This document shows positions 12,819 to 25,566 of a stretch of DNA of 64,000 bases, piece after piece. How positions within the stretch are numbered: the stretch's first letter is position 1; each line of letters begins with the position of its first letter. Under the pieces are notes generated by a model. That model was not told where the DNA came from and ran no database searches. It saw nothing but the letters and a program-made list of their open reading frames with translations. This DNA is from Felis catus (taxonomy: Eukaryota), in the NCBI RefSeq assembly GCF_018350175.1, contig NC_058368.1, positions 191,520,001 to 191,584,000 on the forward strand. Reading direction: 5' to 3'. The position numbers were made by a program, and so were the translations under genes.

Positions 12819-14079
12819 CTGATTTGTTCTTGATAGATCCAACTTGTTGAAGGTGTGCCAAGATGAGTCAGTATCACAAAGGAACAGATAATGCCTAGTT
12901 TAGCTGTAAGTCAGATCTGCAGGCAGAAGCTTTTAAGGCATGTAAATATATAGAGTCATAGGAGTCCACTATCATAAACCCTACTGGCCTCAGACAAGGA
13001 GATCTGAAGGTATCTCCTGAGTAACCGTTGCAAAAATCATGGCTTTAGATGTAAGCTTCTTTCTTGGAAATATCAGTGAGCTATGGAAAGGCCAAGGGAG
13101 GGTACTAATGTGGTGTCTCCCTGCCCATGTTCCCTGGGGGCAACTCTGTAATCTCTGGGATTTGCGGCAAACCTGAAGCCTGTCCCTCAGGCTAAACCTC
13201 CAGGACAAGAAAATAATGAAGAAATAAAGAATGGGGGGATGTTTCAGTCTGCTATTTGTGCAGTGCCTGGAGGTGGTAGCCTGCCAAGGACTATTTCTTC
13301 AAGTGTTTCAAACCCATGGGTCCCCAGAAACACAATCTCCCCTGGCCACCAGGGCTGGGCACTCAAGGAGCATTCCTGGAGGTAGGCTGTACAAGCCCAC
13401 CAGCTGTGGTGGGGCAGGCTGTGGCTATGACATTGCAGGGTGGGGTGCTCCCACCAGAGCCACAGGCTAGAAAGAGGGGGTTGAAAACCCCCTTAGGCAA
13501 TAAAAGAATGCAAAAATGGCACCTACCAGCACCTCCATCCCTGGCAAGAGTCCTAACAGGTTCCTGCCTTCCAGGCAGACACTTTAAGATTAACAAATGA
13601 GTCTCCTTCTCATATGGGCCATGTGCCTTTCAAACTATTGCTTCCGGGCTAGGTCATGGGGTGAGTGGGTCTACACAGGATGCCTTTAAGAGTAGATTTT
13701 CCATTCCCTATAATTGTATAGTTCTTCTTAAAGTAAGCCCTGCTGGTTTTCAAGGCCATCTCATCTCTCCAATGCAGTTCCCAAAGACTGGGGTGCCTGT
13801 GTGGGGCACAAACACCTCATTCTTCAGGGGCAAGCTCCATATTACGAAATCCCTCCCAAAAGTGGGTCACTACACCTTGTGTGGTTTCTTCCAAGACCAT
13901 GTGTCTGCTTCTCCTACCTGTCTTGATGTGGTCCTTTTGTCCTTTGTTGTAGAGGTGCTGTTCAGCTAGATTTCAGGTCATTTTCAGAGGGAACTGTTCC
14001 ACATGTAGCTGTAGATTTGTTGTGTTCATGGGAGGAGGTGAGTTCAGGATCCTTCTATGCCACCATCTTGAACTCTTTT

Positions 14080-15330
14080 GCTTTAATTCTGATACTCCAA
14101 TTACTTGTATGTTAGACATTTACATTATATTCTACAATTCTTATCCTTCCTGTACCTATTATACATTCTTTTATTTCCTCTCTGTGCTTCAGTTGGACAG
14201 GTTCTGTTGAGCTGTCTACCAGATTATTGTTCCTGCATTCAACTGTCAAATACGCTTACTAAGTAATTAACTTAAGATATCATATTGTTCCGTTCTACAA
14301 TGTCCATTTGATTCCTTTTATAGATGGTACTTCTGTGGTAAAAGTATCCATGTTTTTTATCCATTGCTACTCAGTTTCTCTATCTTCTTGAATACACTAA
14401 TCATAGCCATTTTTAAATATTTGTCTTATAACATCAATTGTTATCACCTGTGAATATGTTCTATTGACCCTTTTTTTTTTTTTGTCCCGATATATATTTT
14501 TCGGCCAATTAGAGTTAAATGAATGTCAGGCACTGTGCTAAAAATTGTAGAGGTTCCAGATTACATTATCTTCCTCCAGAGAAAAATTGCCCTTTTTTCT
14601 GCAAGGCAGATAGAGTCAGAGTTGATCATCCTTATCCAACCAAGGAATAATCTGCTTGGAGGCTGGGCTGTAGTTTTACTAAGGCTCAATGAACCTCTAG
14701 AAGTTTACTCCCCCTAGGGTGTAGTCTTGTACGCTTCCAACTGAATAGCTAATATGATCATCAGGATCATTATCCCAATAGTTCTTGAACACTAATCTTT
14801 GTTGCTTCAATGCTGCTTCCCAGAAGCTCTTGACTTTGTTTTTGTTTTGTTTCCCTCCCCTCGCCCCAGCCCTTCATTCATTTTCAGAATTTAGCAGAGG
14901 TAATAAGGAAAAAGTAGGCTGTGTCTTGAATCACTTTTTTGTTTTTAATTTTTTACTCCACTCCTTTGAGATGACCAAAATTTTGTACATTTCTTTTTAT
15001 AGTAACAGCAGCCTCTACCTGGGCAGAGGCCCTATTCTCTACTTCCTTAAGTCTGGTTTTGTTGTTGTTGTTTTGTTTTGTTTTTTTTTTTTTTTTGAGT
15101 TTTTATTCTTTACTTCCTACCCATGGCCAAAAGTAGGGCATTTCCCCAGAGAAAAGGTATCTATCAATCATCAGCTCATATTTCCATGGTTGTTACCATC
15201 TCTGAAATTTTAGCCATTCTAGTTCTCATTAGATCAAAAATTCCCTGATGCATTTAAGCGTAACTTTTTACACGGTTATCCATATTTTCCAGTTGTTACA
15301 AACAACAGTAATATTCTACCCCCCAAGTCA
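14080..15330 (-). mobile_element. Older L1M/HAL1 5'-ORF1 region fossil
   Basis: ACTCCAATTACTTGTATGTTAGAC..TTTCCTCTCTGTGCTTCAGTTGG resemble antisense L1M ORF1. Confidence 0.55.
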
Positions 15331-16409
15331 CTCCACCCTATCCAGAACCCTAGTCATATTTTTGTTCATTGTAAAATAAATTCCACCAGTCCCTTCAAAA
15401 GTTGTCATGGAAGACAGACAGATGGGGAAGTATTATATTAAGTAGCTGAGAAGAGCTTTGTACAGTGCAAAGGAATTTAAAATGCTACTTAGAATACTGC
15501 AAAATCACTGTATTGCAGCCTAAGCATAACGCCGCAATGAGTATGCATGTCACCAGATTTCATATAAAAGACAAAAAAGAACAAGCAATATACCTCTTAT
15601 TTCCAGCAGCAAATCTTGATGCATAGCCCTGAAGGAAGAGGTGTCTTACAGCAATTCTATCATATAACAAGGAAATGACACAGTGATGTTCCATGTTGTT
15701 AATGTTTTGGGGGGTATGGATTTGCTTTTTCTTTTGGATCTATATACTTAGAAGATGACAGCAATATTTTTCCTAAAACATGTAAAATCAGTTTGATATA
15801 ACTGTCCTTATATGTACGAAATTCTTTAAAAACCAGTCCATTTGAAGTGCCTATTCTTCTATCTTATTACTTAATCTTGCCATAATGGATTTCATCAGTC
15901 CCCATACTAGTATCTAAATGAAAGCCTGGAAATGTTTGCAACATCAAAGTTTAACTTTTCCATATTCATTCATGAAAGCAGCCAATGAAAAGTAAGAATA
16001 TAAAGTTATCTCTTTCTTTCTGGGGTATATTCTTAACAAACATGATATCTGGGATGACCTTCCAACTTTTCAAAAGACTCAGTCTTTATTATATAATTAA
16101 AGAGTTCCCATCTTGCTAGTAACTGAAGATCAATGGTGATAGCCTCTAAAACTGGAGAATTTCAACTTAAAAACATAGGAGTAAAACATTGTTTCTAGAG
16201 TTTGGATTTTATGGGTTTGTTTCAAGTTACTGAGGCAGTCATAAGGAACATCATACCACACGTTTTGCTTCTAGAAATATGAGCGAGGTTCCTTGATGCT
16301 TATGGATTTCTGAATTTATGCAAAGTCCAAAACATATGGTACTGATGGTCATCTACTATAGCAGGAAAATGAGGAAATACTAAGAAAATTAATAGCATAA
16401 ACTGAGATA

Positions 16410-16650
16410 TAGAACCATAGACTAATTATCAAAGGCCCTAGGCTCTAGGCTTGGTTCTATCAATTACTAATTTTGTTACCTCCAGCAAATCATTTAACTT
16501 CTGTAACTCCACGACTTCTTATCTATAAAATGAGGCTTAAAAACTCCTAACATATTTTATGGGGATCATAATTGTTGTGAGGACCAAACGAGAAGGTGTT
16601 TTTTAAAGTATTATACTTGAAAATGAGAAAGCACTATGCAAATGTTTAAG
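16410..16650 (+). mobile_element. MIR SINE
   Basis: Core GCAAATCATTTAACTTCTG..CTTATCTATAAAATGAGG..GTTGTGAGGACCAAACGAGA. Confidence 0.75.
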
Positions 16651-17299
16651 AATCAGTATTTGTGTAACTCTAAGAGGTATTTTTATCCTATTTCAGAAAA
16701 CAAACTATCTTCAGGCACTTGAAAACCTCGCCAGCTTTCATTTGCATAAAATTATTATTCTAATTACAAATTATTTTCATGTATTCATTAAAGCAGGTTC
16801 ATCAGGGCATCTATTAAGCAATTCTTTATTAGCTTAATTCAAATTATGTATATGAAAGTAATAAAGCTGCATTTCTCTTTCAATAATAATTTCAAAGAGT
16901 CTCCATTAATCCAGCTAACTGAAATATTACTCTAAATTGTATGCTTTCTGATTGTGAGAGAGGAAAGCCTACATTCGTGACATAAGTTCAGTGCAAACTC
17001 CAACAGTTACTGACACTCTCTTTGGTGACAATATCTAAATATTATGGACATGCTTTATGCTATATTCTGCGATTTCCATTTCACACTCGAGAAACAGCCT
17101 ATGTTTAAAAAAAAGAAGGTTAAGTTCAAGAAACATCACTATATAGTATCGAGTAACATGAAGAGACTAGAACTTACAACTCCCTGGTCTCCAGCTCATT
17201 TCACAGTCTTGATAATCCCTCAATGCCCAGCCCACCTGAATTACGGACACGAAGAGAATCAGGTAAAAAGATATTTATCTCCTTGTATTTAAATGTATC

Positions 17300-17700
17300 T
17301 AAATACGGAAAGTAAAAGAAGCATATCTTTATGGCCTGACACCTCGTTTCTCCCCTTCCACATTCCCCCTTCCCCAAATACACCAGCATTTCTTGAGCAC
17401 TCCAGGAAGCTTGCCTCTTCTGTGTCTTTGCTATTCTCTTGGCCTGGACTGTCCAATGTCCACCAAAATCCTCCCTCATCTTCGGGCTGTGAAGCCATGC
17501 CTTGCCATTATTCCACCGAATGTTCGGCCTAGTAATGGTAAATTGTTCACGTACCTGCCTCTTCAACTAAAGTATAAACTCCCTAAAGACAAAAACAATG
17601 CCATATTCATCTTCCTATCGTCCATGGCATGCTAGAGTTTGGCATATGCTTAAAAGGCAAGGACGTGAAAGCAAAAAATGGATGAATGAATCAATGAATG
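17300..17700 (+). mobile_element. L2 3' fragment
   Basis: CTCTTGGCCTGGACTGTCC..TATAAACTCCCTAAAGACAAAAAC..GGATGAATGAATCAATGAATG tail. Confidence 0.7.
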
Positions 17701-18814
17701 GCTAGATGCTATAGAAGGCCAAGTGACAGACACAGTATTTTAAAGTTCTACAGATTGATACCTATAAGCTAGCATACACTTGGCAGGAGAGCAAATTCAA
17801 ATTATAAAAAAAAATCTACCTAACTTATAAATCTATCCTGATATAGAAATAATATTATCCAATCTTATCTGGTATGAATATCTTGGATATTATCACATAA
17901 AACTTGATTCAATTGTTCACATAAAACTACTGTGGATATGAACCATTAAAAAGATTTATGTTCCATCAATAATCTGTCATTTTTCATGTGTCTCCAAGTC
18001 ATTTTTTATTTTCAAAAGTCTCTAGTACCTGGACCCAGGGGAAAAAGGGACCAGCAATAAAACAACAGTGCCATAACTAAACAAAGTGTTATTTAGCCAT
18101 ATAACTTTGAGGTAACATAAAATTACCAAAAATCATGCTTTTGAAATATCTTCCCAAGAAATGTATTAAGTGAATAAAACAGAATATTCCTTAATTTTCT
18201 GAGTAAACAGTTTTACCTATATTTCTGCCTTCATGTACGTAGATAAAAAGCTAGAAGAATATACAATATAATGTGATGCACAATATACAAGCAGTTATCT
18301 TTGGTTGGTTAGATTACAGGTGAATTTTTTTTTAATTCAAAATATTTTCTGGACTTTCTCAATGTTATAAAAAAAAAAAGAGTCTTCTGTTATTACAATC
18401 AGGAAAAAATGCCTATACATTATTTCCATTTAACGAAAGAAAACCTTCAAAGTATCACGCAAAAAGAACGGGGCATGATTATCCCGGAAGGAGAATCCAG
18501 TGTCCCCCTACCTTACTATGTGAACCTAAAAGCCATTTGATGCTTGCAACCTCAGCCTCTTCATTTTTAAAAAGAGGTGCTTGGGTAGATGAGCGCTCAC
18601 GAGCCATGAAGCCATAAAACTCTGGAACTCTAAGCAAAAAGCAGATAGCCTTCAAGAGCCTCGGAAATCAGTTCCATCCTTTACAACAAGACAGGATATA
18701 AACATGAACCAAGTAAATAAGGAAACCAAAGTAGCAACTGCAAGAACCACAGAAATCCCCCAAAGACCAAATACCATCGCATTACAACACTGTCACCCAG
18801 ATTCCTTACACTCA

Positions 18815-19480
18815 CAGAATGGCCCCCTGTCTCTTGAGTTGATTCCCTTGAAGGTTAATTAACTGCTTGCTGTCTGGGGTATTCTCGAGATGCTAAGGCG
18901 TCATTTGGGGAGGGAATATAAAAGTTGTACTAAACAATAATATGCGATTTATAGTCTGGATGTGGCACATACTGTATGGGCTTACTTTTATTTCACAGTT
19001 AATCTCGCAGCTCACAAAAGTTTTATCGGATTGGAGGCATGTGCAGTATTCCCTTTATAAAATTTTATAGTCCCTTGCTATTTTCAGGGGTTTGTTTTAT
19101 AGGCACAATTTGCTGCTTTAATCTCACCCAATTGTCATGTTCTAAATCATGGTGAATAAAAATGTCTTAAAAGGAGAGCTGTGCTGAGGGTAGTACTTAA
19201 TTACACTTAGTGCCTGATTTAAATGTTATCTGGGCATTGCCAAGTGCCGGGCACAGAGTAACCCAGCAGTGCAAATCTGCATAAACCGACACAAGTCATT
19301 ACTGGGCCTTTAATAGCAAAAGCTCACTCGCGCTCACTCAGATCACACTCTGGCAGCATTCTGATGAAGGTGGGTCCTCCCGTCTTCCATCAGGATCGGG
19401 ACAAATTAAGGCAGCTAATGAACTAGCTCCAATCGCTAATGTTCTCAAAGTGGGAAAGCACGGGTTTCATCTTTGAGCCC
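18815..19480. promoter_or_regulatory. Candidate conserved non-coding enhancer with clustered homeodomain/HOX13-CDX-type motifs
   Basis: No recognisable repeat; clustered TTTAT(A/C)G, TTTATAAAA, TAATTA, TAATCT, TGTCA and TGCCAA motifs. Conservation is inferred, not shown. Confidence 0.5.
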
Positions 19481-20639
19481 ATCGCTGAACAAGGCAATTT
19501 CTGGTACATCTCTTAGAGGAGCTTCCCTAATTTTCACTCAGCCAGATGCTACTGATGAGGAATATTAGGGTGGGAAAGGAGAGTTTCACCTGAGGAAAGG
19601 CCATTCATTCTTAGGAGTCAATTATGCTTCAGCAAAATTCAAGAGTGCTTAAAACCTGCATAGCCTATTTCTTATGCATTTTCTTTTAGGTGTGTGAGGG
19701 AGAAAAATGAAAGAAGAGAATCGAAGGTGTTCTATGGCATCTCCAGTTTTAGCGTGCCCCCTGGACCCGGCCCCTGGCAACATCGCCCCGCAGTCCCTTT
19801 AATGAAATACTCCTTCCTTATTCCTTCTACCTGGTGTCTCACACTTCCTTTGACGGAACCAAATACACCAACTAATTTCTGCGCCATAGTGATTGTTTCA
19901 GAAAGGGGCTTGTGAGCCGAGGCAAACTGATCCAAAGCCTCCTCAAGACTCTCCTGCAGGAGAGATGTTCTCTGGCTGCTTAGGTGGCTACGCCGGGAGT
20001 GAGCGAGTCTGGGGCTGTCTGCCTGGGAGCACTGCCAAACAGAGGGACAGAGCTCACAAAAAAGGTCAAAGGGTCTAGGTCTAGCCGTGCCTAACGAAAC
20101 ATCACCCAGGCTTTTGGGAGTCAAGCCCATAATCCTCATTTTTCCTTAAGCTAGGGGGACTTCAGTTTCTGACATTTGCGACAGAATGAGTCCAGACTAA
20201 AAAGAGACATTATTGCAAATGGAACAAAGTGTTTTCTTCAGAAGAGCAGCACTATCCGTCCTCCTTTTTCTTTATTGAACATTTCCTAAGTAGTACACGT
20301 ATAGAGAGAGAAAATATGATCACATACTCCAAACAGATGTTGTCATCAATGACAAATATTGCTTTCACATCCCCCAAGGTAACATCAGCTAACTCCCAAA
20401 GGGCCAGTCCAGCACATAAATGGAAAAGTATATGGGAAGCACTAAATAAAAGGAAACTAGCAGCAATCATAGTAATATCTGGAACACTCAGGTTATTTAT
20501 ACTGAGAAAGGCTTAATTTACAGCTCTATTGATCTTACAGTGGAACTTATCTTGCTATTTATAGATAAATATACTAAAGACTATGAGGATGTTTTTAAAG
20601 AGACTGGTGAAGTCGGTCTGAGTTTTCTTATGCCTTTGT

Positions 20640-21150
20640 GTACATTTTACCACATATGTACACACGCAGAATAAGGTATAATGGTTTATGAGTTTTAAAA
20701 CCTACATTCATGGTATCACAGTATATCCTTTTACAACTTCCCTTGGTTGGCCTGAATTAATTTTTTTTAATTTGTCCCTGTATACAAATAAATCATATAT
20801 ATATATATGATTTATATTTATAAATTATATATAATTTAAATACATAAATATATATTTCACTTCAAGATTTCTTAGGCATTTTATTATACAAATAAATCAC
20901 AATTTATCAGTTTCTCTATAATGGCCTGTTAGGCGTTTTCGTTCATCAATCATTCATTAGAACAAACAGTATTATGATGAATACCCCAGTAATACACACA
21001 TCCCTTATATGCAAACTGTGTGAGAATTTCTCTGAAGCATATAGCCAGAAGTGGATATAGGAGCCATATACAACTTCAAATTCATTATGTCATAACAGAT
21101 TGGTCTACAAACTGGACAGACCCATTTTATATTCCCACCAGCAATTTGAA
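20640..21150 (-). mobile_element. Old L1M 3' fragment
   Basis: ACAATTTATC..TTTCTCTGAAGCATATAGCCAGAAGTGGA..TTTATATTCCCACCAGCAA. Confidence 0.65.
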
Positions 21151-21501
21151 TATCCTGACAATTGAGAAAAATAGAATCCTATGTGAATAAAAAGAAAATA
21201 AATTCATGTGAAAAATCTCACAACAGTGAAAGAATTAGGAATACCTGACTTAAAAGCACTATGTATAACCTGACCCATTTCATCCTGCTTTCTTGTTAAT
21301 AGCTGATATTTGTGTATATCTTTATAATTTTCAAACCACTTTTAACATATGACTTTTTTGTAGATGCTAGAGATAAGGGATCAGAAAAAAGGAAAAAAAA
21401 CATAAATAAAAAATGGGCTCTAACATCTTATTTTATAGCCAGGATCAACATTGCCCCACAAATATACCGTCACATCATGTTCCTAGCCCAGATTACCACA
21501 C

Positions 21502-21530
21502 CACCTCCTCCACCTCCTCCACCTCCTCCT
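21502..21530. repeat. (CCT/CCA)n triplet repeat
   Basis: Read directly from the sequence. Confidence 0.85.
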
Positions 21531-21532
21531 TC

Positions 21533-21730
21533 TTTTTTTTTTTTTTAGTGTTTATTTATTTTAGACAAAGAGAGCAGGGGAGGGGCAGAGAGAGAGAGGG
21601 AGACACAGAATCCAAAACAGGCTCCAGGCTCTGAGCTGTCAGTACAGAGCCCAACATGGGGCTCAAACTCGCAAACGGCAAGATAGTGACCTGAGCCAAA
21701 GTTGGAACCGACGGAGCTACCCAGGCACCC
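21533..21730 (-). mobile_element. SINEC_Fc-type Can-SINE
   Basis: Body, with a small deletion near the head. Confidence 0.92.
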
Positions 21731-21739
21731 CAACCACAA

Positions 21740-22290
21740 CCACCTTCTAACTGGTCTCTCCCAGCTACAGCCAGTGGTCCTTCTAATCCAGTTGGATCAT
21801 GACTCTCCTCTGCTTCAAACACCTAACTACCCACTCAATCCAAATCCTTTTAACATTGCTGGATACTGTCTGCCTACCACATTTACCTTCTTAGCATCAC
21901 CTCTTGCCCTGACCCTGAAACTCTCCTCGCTCCAACATTACTCAATAGCTATTAGTTCTGCTTTTTCCTCACAGGTCTTCAGACCTACCTGGAAATCTCT
22001 CCTGTCCACTTCTATCTACTTGCTCCAGGCTAACTTCTATTCCCTTTTTGAGTTTACAGCTTAGCTAGGACTCCTTCCAGAAAACCTACTACAACTCCCC
22101 AAATCTGGAAAGGGGGGGGGCGTGTCAAAGGCACACAGAGCACTCTGCTCCAGCAAGCCTGGCACCTAGTCCTTACAAGAGCACACTTGCCTCATCTGTA
22201 TATTTCTCCCCACTGGATCGGGAGCCTTTCTAGAGCAGGAACCCAGGCTGGTTAACTCACCACTATCATACTCATGATAGCCTGGGCTAG
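21740..22290 (+). mobile_element. L2 fragment
   Basis: CCTTCTAACTGGTCTC..GATCATGACTCTCCTCTGCTTCAAACACC..CTAGAGCAGGAACC. Confidence 0.7.
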
Positions 22291-22749
22291 AGAGGGGACA
22301 TCAGGAGAAAGCAAGACCAAACAAAGTTGCTAACTCGATTTTATCTCTTTTGTGTTCTACTTTTCTTGTTTCTTCGGTTTGTCATAGATATAGCTGCAGA
22401 TTATTCCTGTAGCTTTGTTGCTATCATACATTGTATTCAAAATAATTCACACTCTTCATTTCCACACAGGGGATAGAATGTTTTAGCCTAGCTTTCCTGG
22501 TATTTGAGGTCTGGAGAGGGAGATGCTTGATATTGTTGCAATGTTATTTTCAGCATGAATTAATTCTAGACTGAACAAGTGTTGTTATTAATCTGGGGCA
22601 ATTAATCAGTCCTATTCTAGGTTGCTTGGTTTTATCATGTGCTACTGGTTTCCACTGTGACAAATACAGAATGCTTTCAGGGACTATGCTTTTAGACTCC
22701 ATGAAAAAAAAAAAAAAATCCCTTCTAGATCCTTTTTTCTCACTTAGTG

Positions 22750-23735
22750 TTTAAATTTTTATTGGTTTCAGGAGAATTTAGAATTCATCACTTACATATA
22801 ACACCCAATGCTCATGCTGAAAAGTGCCCTCCTTAATGCCCATCACCCATTTAGCCCATCTCCCCACCTACCTCCCCTCCAGCGACCCTGTTTGTTCTTT
22901 GTATTTAAGACTCTCCTAGGGTTTGCGTCCCTCTCTGTTTTCATCTTATTTTGCCTTCCTTTCCCCTATGTTTATCTGTTTTGTTTTTTAAGTTCCACAT
23001 ATGAATGAAATTGTATGGTATTTGTCATTCTCTGACTTATTTCACTTAGCATCCGCATTGTTGCAAATCGCAAGATTTCATTCCTTGTTAGAGCTGAGTA
23101 ATATTCCAGTGCGTGCGTGCATGCATGCATGCACATCACATCTTCTTTACCCACTCGTCAGTCAATAGACATTTGGGCTCCTTCCATACTTCGGCTAGTG
23201 CTGCTATAAACATTGTTAGAGTGCATGTGCCCCCTTCATTTTTGTATGCTTTTGATAAATACCTAATAGTACAAATGCTGGGCTGGAGGGAAGTTCTATT
23301 TTTAATTTTTTGAGGAACCTCCATACTGTTGGCCAGAGTGGCTGTATGAGTGTGCATTCCCACCAATGGTGCAAAAGGGATCCCCTTTCTCTGCATCCTT
23401 GCCAACATCTGTTGTTTCCTGAGCCATCAATTTTAGCCATTCTGATAGTTTTGAGGTGGCATCTCATTGTGTTGGGGTTTTTTTAAGTTTATGTATTTCT
23501 TTTGAGAGAGAGAGAGAAAGCAGGGGAGGGAACAGAGAGGAAGGGACAGAGAGGATCCCAAGCAGGCTCCATGCTGTCAGCTCAGAGCCTCGGGGCCCTG
23601 TCAGCTCAGGGCTTAATCTCATGAACCACAAGATCATGACCTGAGCCAAAATCAACAGTTGAATGCTTAACCAACTGAGCCACCCAGGCGCCCCTCTCAT
23701 TGTGGTTTTGATTTGCATTTCTTTGATTGCATTTC
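22750..23735 (-). mobile_element. 5'-truncated carnivoran L1 (3'UTR plus ORF2 C-terminus)
   Basis: ORF track gives ..MFIAALAEVWKEPKC..DEWVKKM and [19 protein letters not shown]; 3'UTR CCCAATGCTCAT..GTGCCCTCCTTAATGCCCATCACCCATTT. Confidence 0.9.
23478..23694 (-). mobile_element. Can-SINE nested in L1
   Basis: TSD TCTCATTGTG(T/G)T; internal duplication of CTGTCAGCTCAG. Confidence 0.92.
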
Positions 23736-25060
23736 TTAACTTTTAAAAATATAGCAATTCTGTAACTGGCCAAACCAGTCACCAAGCAGCTAGATTTCCT
23801 GTCCTAAACAGCAACACCAAAGGTCACTGGAATCAGGAATATGACTGTAGTATCACTTAAGAGCTCAATATTCATTTATGAATTCATATAAACTGCCCTT
23901 CAACTTTTTTTATAGTTTAGCTCCGTATCACTTTAAAATGTTTAAAATGTTGGCATTTCTTTCATTTGTCCTTGCCCGCCTCTTCAAGCTTTCATAGGAT
24001 AGGAAGTGGTGTTTTTAATTTCCCACCAAGAGCATTCGCACTGATGGAAGTTCCCTTCCGCTCACACCAGCACTTCCAGACATGATTCACGTACACTGTA
24101 TCATTTCATCTTCAGAACATCTCACAAGAGCAGATGCCCATCTCTGAATTTTCAGATGACAGACCTGAGGCTCGGACACGTCAAGTTCTCTCCCTTTCCA
24201 ACCCCCTTCTTGCCTCCCTCCCTCCGTCTCTCCTTTGCTGTCTACTCCTTCTAACTCTGGGATCAATCCTGTGATTTTAGACAATTATTACTTATATGGA
24301 GCTGGAATCTATTTCCCTGTGTACTGTTTTTCCAAAAAATAAAAAAAATGAGACTTTAGGCTTTATTTTATCCCTTAGAACATTCAGGAGCAAGACCCTC
24401 TTGTGCACAAGAGCTCTTGCCATGCAAGAGATCCATACTCACCTCAGTCAGTTGCTAAAATTACTACTAATAACGAACTAGTCTCTGCTTGTTTAACTTA
24501 CCGTCTCCCTAAATGAGCTTTAGCAGTGGTTTTTCAAACGTTCTGTGGCAGGAAAACCCTTTGTACAAAACTAAACCCAAATGCACATTAAGAAAAAAAA
24601 AAGATAAAATGCTATGGCTCTGACTGAAATGAATGTGAAACATCTGGAGTTCATCTCTAAGACCCCTCCCTCTCCATCCACTTAGCCCTTCCTTCCCGTG
24701 AGACCTCCATTTCAAGTAATCAACAAGGAATCTCTGGGCTTCATGGTATGTGGGTACAAGCCACTAACTACTAATACTCTTTTCATCTTTCTCTAGGCAG
24801 ATGTGCTGGACTGAGTCTAATGATCAAGTAATCTAAGGAATACAAACATTTAGGATAATTCACCGAAAATACCTATTAGTTTATCAGTCAGTTTATAACC
24901 TATCTGGACATCAACAAACTAATAAACACTCGAAAGAGCCATTTATTGCCATGTTCTTTCATTGGAGGGTTTGTTGGGCTCTATGATGGATGAAAATTAC
25001 CAAAGAACCTGAAATAAAAAGACCCGTATGACTCCATGACCTATTTATCAGGAAGGTCTC

Positions 25061-25061
<1 letters not shown>

Positions 25062-25102
<41 letters not shown>
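25062..25102 (+). repeat. A41 homopolymer with no adjacent SINE/L1 body
   Basis: Read directly from the sequence. Confidence 0.9.
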
Positions 25103-25104
<2 letters not shown>

Positions 25105-25338
25105 CAGAGAGAGGAGAGATTTCTCTTTTGAGAGGTTCCTAAAACTTAAGAATAGGATTTCTCTGAGTCTCAGATTCCTCATCTCTAACACAATCAAGCT
25201 AGATGATGAATAGGGCCATTTCTACAACTAACAGTTCATCATTTAATCAAATTGAAAGTTAGATTTTACCTCTCAAGGAAGCTGAATACACAATAAAAGC
25301 TGAAGTCATTCCATGATTTTATTTTAAATATACAGACA

Positions 25339-25490
25339 GGGTTGCCTGGGTGGCTCTGTCAGTTAAGCATGGGACTTTGGCTCAGGTCATGATCTCAGTT
25401 CATGAGCTCAAGCCCCACCTCAGGCTCCCTGCTGTCAGCATGGAGCCCACTTCAGATCCTCTGTTCTCCTCTCTCTCTGCCCCTCCCATC

Positions 25491-25550
<60 letters not shown>

Positions 25551-25566
25551 AATAAATAAGTAAATA
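25339..25566 (+). mobile_element. Can-SINE with expanded (CT)n
   Basis: Full body; TSD AAATA(T/G)ACAGACA. Confidence 0.93.

Larger units (their letters stand above)
7843..14073 (-). mobile_element. Degenerate, originally full-length LINE-1 (carnivoran/L1MA-type) with internal deletions and nested insertions
   Basis: 5' start GTTCAAGATGGTGGCATAG..GATCCTGAACTCACCTCCTCCC at ~14073. ORF2 remnants: MAIMAYLSIVTLNVNGLSSP and IYAPN..IVVGELNTP (endonuclease), [15 protein letters not shown] and WYWHKNR. 3'UTR at 7850-8300. Confidence 0.93.

Noticed and set aside
18815..19480. Possible identity with the SHH ZRS limb enhancer
   Set aside because: It does not match the ZRS sequence as I recall it; only generic HOX-type motifs are shared.
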